DNA from: Deltaproteobacteria bacterium
GTDB taxonomy: Bacteria; Myxococcota_A; Polyangia; Polyangiales; Houyiibacteriaceae
Length of the DNA: 64,000 bases
Reading direction: 5' to 3'
Assembly (NCBI GenBank): GCA_034670305.1
Contig: JAXMNT010000001.1
Coordinates: 128,001 to 192,000, forward strand
Below the pieces are notes generated by a model. The model searched no databases and was not told the DNA's origin. It saw only the letters and a list, made by a program, of their open reading frames with translations. Shown piece by piece: positions 60,772 to 64,000 of the stretch; the stretch's first letter is position 1; each line of letters opens with the position of its first letter. Made by a program: the position numbers and the translations under genes.

Positions 60772-62607
60772 ATGCACCTTTGTTCGAATCGAGTCGCCTT
60801 GCTCTCCGTGGCGGCGACCGCGGCTTGCCTGGCATTCACGGGCTGCGCGGTCGATCGCAGCGGCCTCGGTGTGACGTTGGACGGCGGGTTCGACGCGCCG
60901 ATGCCCGACGTGGGCACGGACGTCGGCGAAGACGCGTCCTTCGACGCCGGGAGCGACGGTGGCCTTTGCCCGAGGCCCGGTCCCCTCGAGGAGCTGACCG
61001 CGGTGCCGAGCAGCGGCACCATCGGTGACCCGAACCTCCACCGCGTGACCGATGGTCTGGAGCTGCTCGTCCAGCCGTTCCGACTCGGGGCCCTTCGGGT
61101 GAAGGCGTTCCGACGCGCGCTGATCGACGAGGACGCACCGTCCACCGTGGTGACCGAGACGCCAACCGGCGTGGCCTACCGAGCACTCGAGGTCCCGTCG
61201 GCGGAAGGGGTGATCGAAGGACTCGGCCTCACCGCCGACGACGACGAGTTCACGATGACCTTCGTCGGCGAGATCTTCCTCGAAGCGGGCACGCACCGGT
61301 TGGTCGTCGACGCGGACGACTTCGCCGTACTCGAGATCGGCACGCTCTCACCGGTTCAGATCGTGGCGCGTCTCTCGGAGACAACCACCCACGACGTGAC
61401 GGTCGGCACCGAAGGCTGGTTCGAGTTTCGGGCGGCGCTCCACGACCGCGGTGGACCTGCCGAACTGTCGGTAGAACACACGCCACCCGGCGGTGCCTCC
61501 GGCCCGATCTCGCCCAGCCGGTTCCGCATCGAGCCGCGGCTCGCCGGCCGTGAAGTGTGGTCGTGGGACGATACGAACGGACGCGGAGAACCGCTCGCCC
61601 GCCGCCTCGACTTCGACACCACCAACCGAGACTACGGCGCAGGCAATCCGGGCGACCTCGGCCTCGCCGACGACGGCTGGACGGCCCGCTGGGTCGGACG
61701 CGTCCAGCTCGGCGCCAACCCTTCCCTCTTTCTCCGCTCCGACGACCGCCATCGGGTCTGGTTGGACGGCGTGTTCCTCGGAGGCGCCGAAGCGCTCGTG
61801 CCGTCCGAAGCCACGTACCCGACCGGCGCCCCGGCCGGGTGGCACGACCTGGTGCTCGAGCTCACCGACGCGACCGACGACGCAGAACTTCGATGCACCA
61901 TCGACGGTGCGACGCTGACGGCCGATCGGTTCGAACCGAGGACCCGCTTCGGAGGCGAGGTCTACGCCGTGGGCAGCGTCTCGTCGCTCACGGTCGGGGT
62001 GGGCGAAGCCGCGTCGGAGATGGTCGCGCTCGTCGCACCGGACGGCCGCGCGACCGTCGAGACCACGGCCATCTTCTCGGCCGCGGACCTGTCTGCGCTG
62101 CGGGTCGTCATCACCGGACCGGACGGGGTCGTGGCCAACCACTCCGCCGACGAAGCGGCCATGCCCTGGGGCGCGGGACGGTGGGCGATCCGCCACGTTC
62201 GCACCACCGACGAGCCGAACGGGAACTGGCGCTTCGAGGTGCGCAATGCGTCGTCGGCTTCGGTGTCGGTCGAGACCCTGGGCGTCGTGGCACATGTGGG
62301 CGCCGACCCCGCACCGCACGCGTTGTCGGGTGTCTTCACCTCGGGGGTCGTCGACCTCGGGGGCGTGCGACTGATCGAAACGGCGGCGCTCGACGGCGAC
62401 GTGCTGCCCGACACCGAAGTCGTGGTTGCGGTGCGTGCGGCGGCGTCCATGGCGGAGCTGGCCTCAGCCGGCTTCCGAACCGCGACCGAAGGAGCGCTCG
62501 ATGGCGTGCTCGGCCGGTTCGTCCAGGTCCGCTGGACCTTGCGAGGCCCCGGCCACACCACGCCTCGGGTGCGCGGCGCGATGTTGTCCGGCCGCTCCTG
62601 CTTCTGA
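60772..62607 (+). CDS. Lipoprotein with PA14-like domains
   Basis: Lipobox FTGC-A; two modules with DADD/RSDD motifs (FTMTFVGEI, WTARWVG, GWHDLVLE). Confidence 0.75.
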   Translation: MHLCSNRVALLSVAATAACLAFTGCAVDRSGLGVTLDGGFDAPMPDVGTDVGEDASFDAGSDGGLCPRPGPLEELTAVPSSGTIGDPNLHRVTDGLELLVQPFRLGALRVKAFRRALIDEDAPSTVVTETPTGVAYRALEVPSAEGVIEGLGLTADDDEFTMTFVGEIFLEAGTHRLVVDADDFAVLEIGTLSPVQIVARLSETTTHDVTVGTEGWFEFRAALHDRGGPAELSVEHTPPGGASGPISPSRFRIEPRLAGREVWSWDDTNGRGEPLARRLDFDTTNRDYGAGNPGDLGLADDGWTARWVGRVQLGANPSLFLRSDDRHRVWLDGVFLGGAEALVPSEATYPTGAPAGWHDLVLELTDATDDAELRCTIDGATLTADRFEPRTRFGGEVYAVGSVSSLTVGVGEAASEMVALVAPDGRATVETTAIFSAADLSALRVVITGPDGVVANHSADEAAMPWGAGRWAIRHVRTTDEPNGNWRFEVRNASSASVSVETLGVVAHVGADPAPHALSGVFTSGVVDLGGVRLIETAALDGDVLPDTEVVVAVRAAASMAELASAGFRTATEGALDGVLGRFVQVRWTLRGPGHTTPRVRGAMLSGRSCF

Positions 62608-62675
62608 GCGGCGGGAGCGGCGGACCAACGACGCCTGAGCTTCGGACCAACGAGCAGCAGCGACGCGGGCTGGTT

Positions 62676-62747
62676 CTGCTGCTGCGTCTGTCGCTGCGTC
62701 TGTCGCTGCCACTGCCGCTGCGCCTGCCGCTGCGGCAGTCGCTGCCC
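62676..62747. repeat. Six degenerate 12-bp tandem units (CTGYCGCTGCNN)
   Basis: Intergenic between convergent genes. Confidence 0.75.
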
Positions 62748-62757
62748 ATGGCGCTGG

Positions 62758-63321
62758 TCAGGCGCGCGGGTCGTCGGGGCCGATCAGCGCGCCGTCCAGC
62801 GTGATGCCGTTCTGCACCACCGCGAGGTAGATCACCGGGATGTCCGAGATGGCGGTGAGCGCGTGCACGTCGTCGACGCCGCTCACGACCCGGTCGCCCC
62901 GGCCGTGCCGCTTCTTGGTCGCCTCGTCGAGGAGTTCGCCCTGCAGCACCACCACGATCTCGGTGCCGGCGTGGCCGTGTTCCGCGAAGCTGCCGCCGAC
63001 TTCGATTTGCACGAATCCGGTGATCGCATTCGTCGTCGAGGGACCCCCTTCGAAGTGCAGCAGCTGCACGCCGGCCAAGGGCCCCGGCTCCCACGAAGAA
63101 GGGTGGTCGATGCTCAGCAGCAGCGCCTCGGTGGCGTCCTCATCGAGGTCGCAATCGCCCGCGATCTGGCCGAGCAGGTCTTCCCATCGGTGGGTCTTGG
63201 ACACGTTCGCGAAGAGCCGTGCCCGCAAGCTGGCCGGAAGCGGCAACCGCCCGGTGACAACGGCGCTGAGTGCCTCGAGCGTTTCGGGTGTCTCGAGGTC
63301 GTCGGGGTCATCGGGTGTCAT
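62758..63321 (-). CDS. Cupin-domain (ChrR-like) anti-sigma factor
   Basis: PASLRARL; HGHAGTEIVVVLQG...H; start overlaps the sigma factor stop. Confidence 0.8.
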   Translation of the reverse strand: MTPDDPDDLETPETLEALSAVVTGRLPLPASLRARLFANVSKTHRWEDLLGQIAGDCDLDEDATEALLLSIDHPSSWEPGPLAGVQLLHFEGGPSTTNAITGFVQIEVGGSFAEHGHAGTEIVVVLQGELLDEATKKRHGRGDRVVSGVDDVHALTAISDIPVIYLAVVQNGITLDGALIGPDDPRA

Positions 63322-63935
63322 GGCGCACCGTCTTTCTCCCCCGGTCTGCGGGCCGGTCTTGCGGGCGCCGATTCAGCGTCCGATTCGGCGTCCGATTCGT
63401 TCACATCGGCGCGCAGTTTGCGCAGCCCCGCCGCGATGCGCGACTTCACCGTGCCGATCGGGATCGCCAACGCCTCGGCGATCTCCCGACTGGACATGCC
63501 GCCGAAGTACCCGAGCACCAGCACCTGCCGCTGTTCGGTGGGCAGCTGTTCGAGCAAGGGCGCGACCTTGGCGGCGTCTGCGTCCCGCTCCGGATCCGCG
63601 TCGGAGGTCCGGCCGTCGATGTCGATGGTGCGGCGCCGCGAGACCGCGGCAGACTTGATGTAGTCGAGGCAGCGCGACCGCATCCGGAGCACGAGCCAGC
63701 CGCGGACGCTGGACCGGCCGGGATCGTAGGTGTGTGCCTTGCGCCAGACCTCGAGGAAGACGTCGTGCAGCACATCTTCGGCCTTGGCGCGGTCACCGAC
63801 GATCCGCGTGCCGATCGCCAGCAGCAACCCCCCGAATTCGTCGTAGAGGCCGCCAAGCGCGTTCCGATCTCCTCCAGCGACGGCCCGCACGAGCTTCGTC
63901 GCGGCCGATCGGTCCATCGGGAGGCGTTCGGTCAT
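63318..63935 (-). CDS. ECF RNA polymerase sigma factor
   Basis: AEDVLHDVFLEVW, GWL..RSRCLD, LPTEQRQVL, EIAEALAIPIGTVKSRI. Confidence 0.95.
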   Translation of the reverse strand: MTERLPMDRSAATKLVRAVAGGDRNALGGLYDEFGGLLLAIGTRIVGDRAKAEDVLHDVFLEVWRKAHTYDPGRSSVRGWLVLRMRSRCLDYIKSAAVSRRRTIDIDGRTSDADPERDADAAKVAPLLEQLPTEQRQVLVLGYFGGMSSREIAEALAIPIGTVKSRIAAGLRKLRADVNESDAESDAESAPARPARRPGEKDGAP

Positions 63936-64000
63936 TCGGAGGGAGCATAGCGTCATCTGGGGGCTCGTGAAGCAGTACGGCCGACCGGGCGTTCGAGATC

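Overview
This is a GC-rich (roughly 70% by eye) bacterial chromosomal segment. Its gene content suggests Myxococcota, probably Polyangiales/Sandaracinaceae-like (inference): six Ser/Thr kinase genes, many TPR/PEGA proteins, lipoproteins with Asp-Ala-Gly linkers, and a deltaproteobacterial-type split ATP synthase locus. Recognisable genes: atpF'/F/H/A/G and atpD/C, rnc, rsgA, kptA, an RlmD-like methyltransferase, mlaE, a two-component pair, a TetR regulator, a bactofilin, and an ECF sigma/cupin anti-sigma pair. Accessory content: a pentaheme cytochrome c-TPR operon; a nosZ-less NosL + Cys-motif membrane protein + ABC cassette; an IsdG-like/kinase/ChaN cluster; and a radical SAM gene preceded by a 13-bp tandem array. 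The strongest candidate for an undescribed system is a stand-alone HUH/Y1 (RAYT-like) transposase (51886-52584) framed by ~210-bp imperfect inverted repeats with conserved blocks and variable hairpin centres, in a window that also carries several dispersed REP/MITE-like repeat families. Other oddities: an ATP synthase b subunit with a 26-His exported extension, an ~47-aa insertion in AtpA, twin promoters in front of the two atp segments, and many apparently leaderless genes. No rRNA, tRNA or CRISPR array was recognised. All calls come from reading the sequence; no searches were run, and start codons are best estimates.
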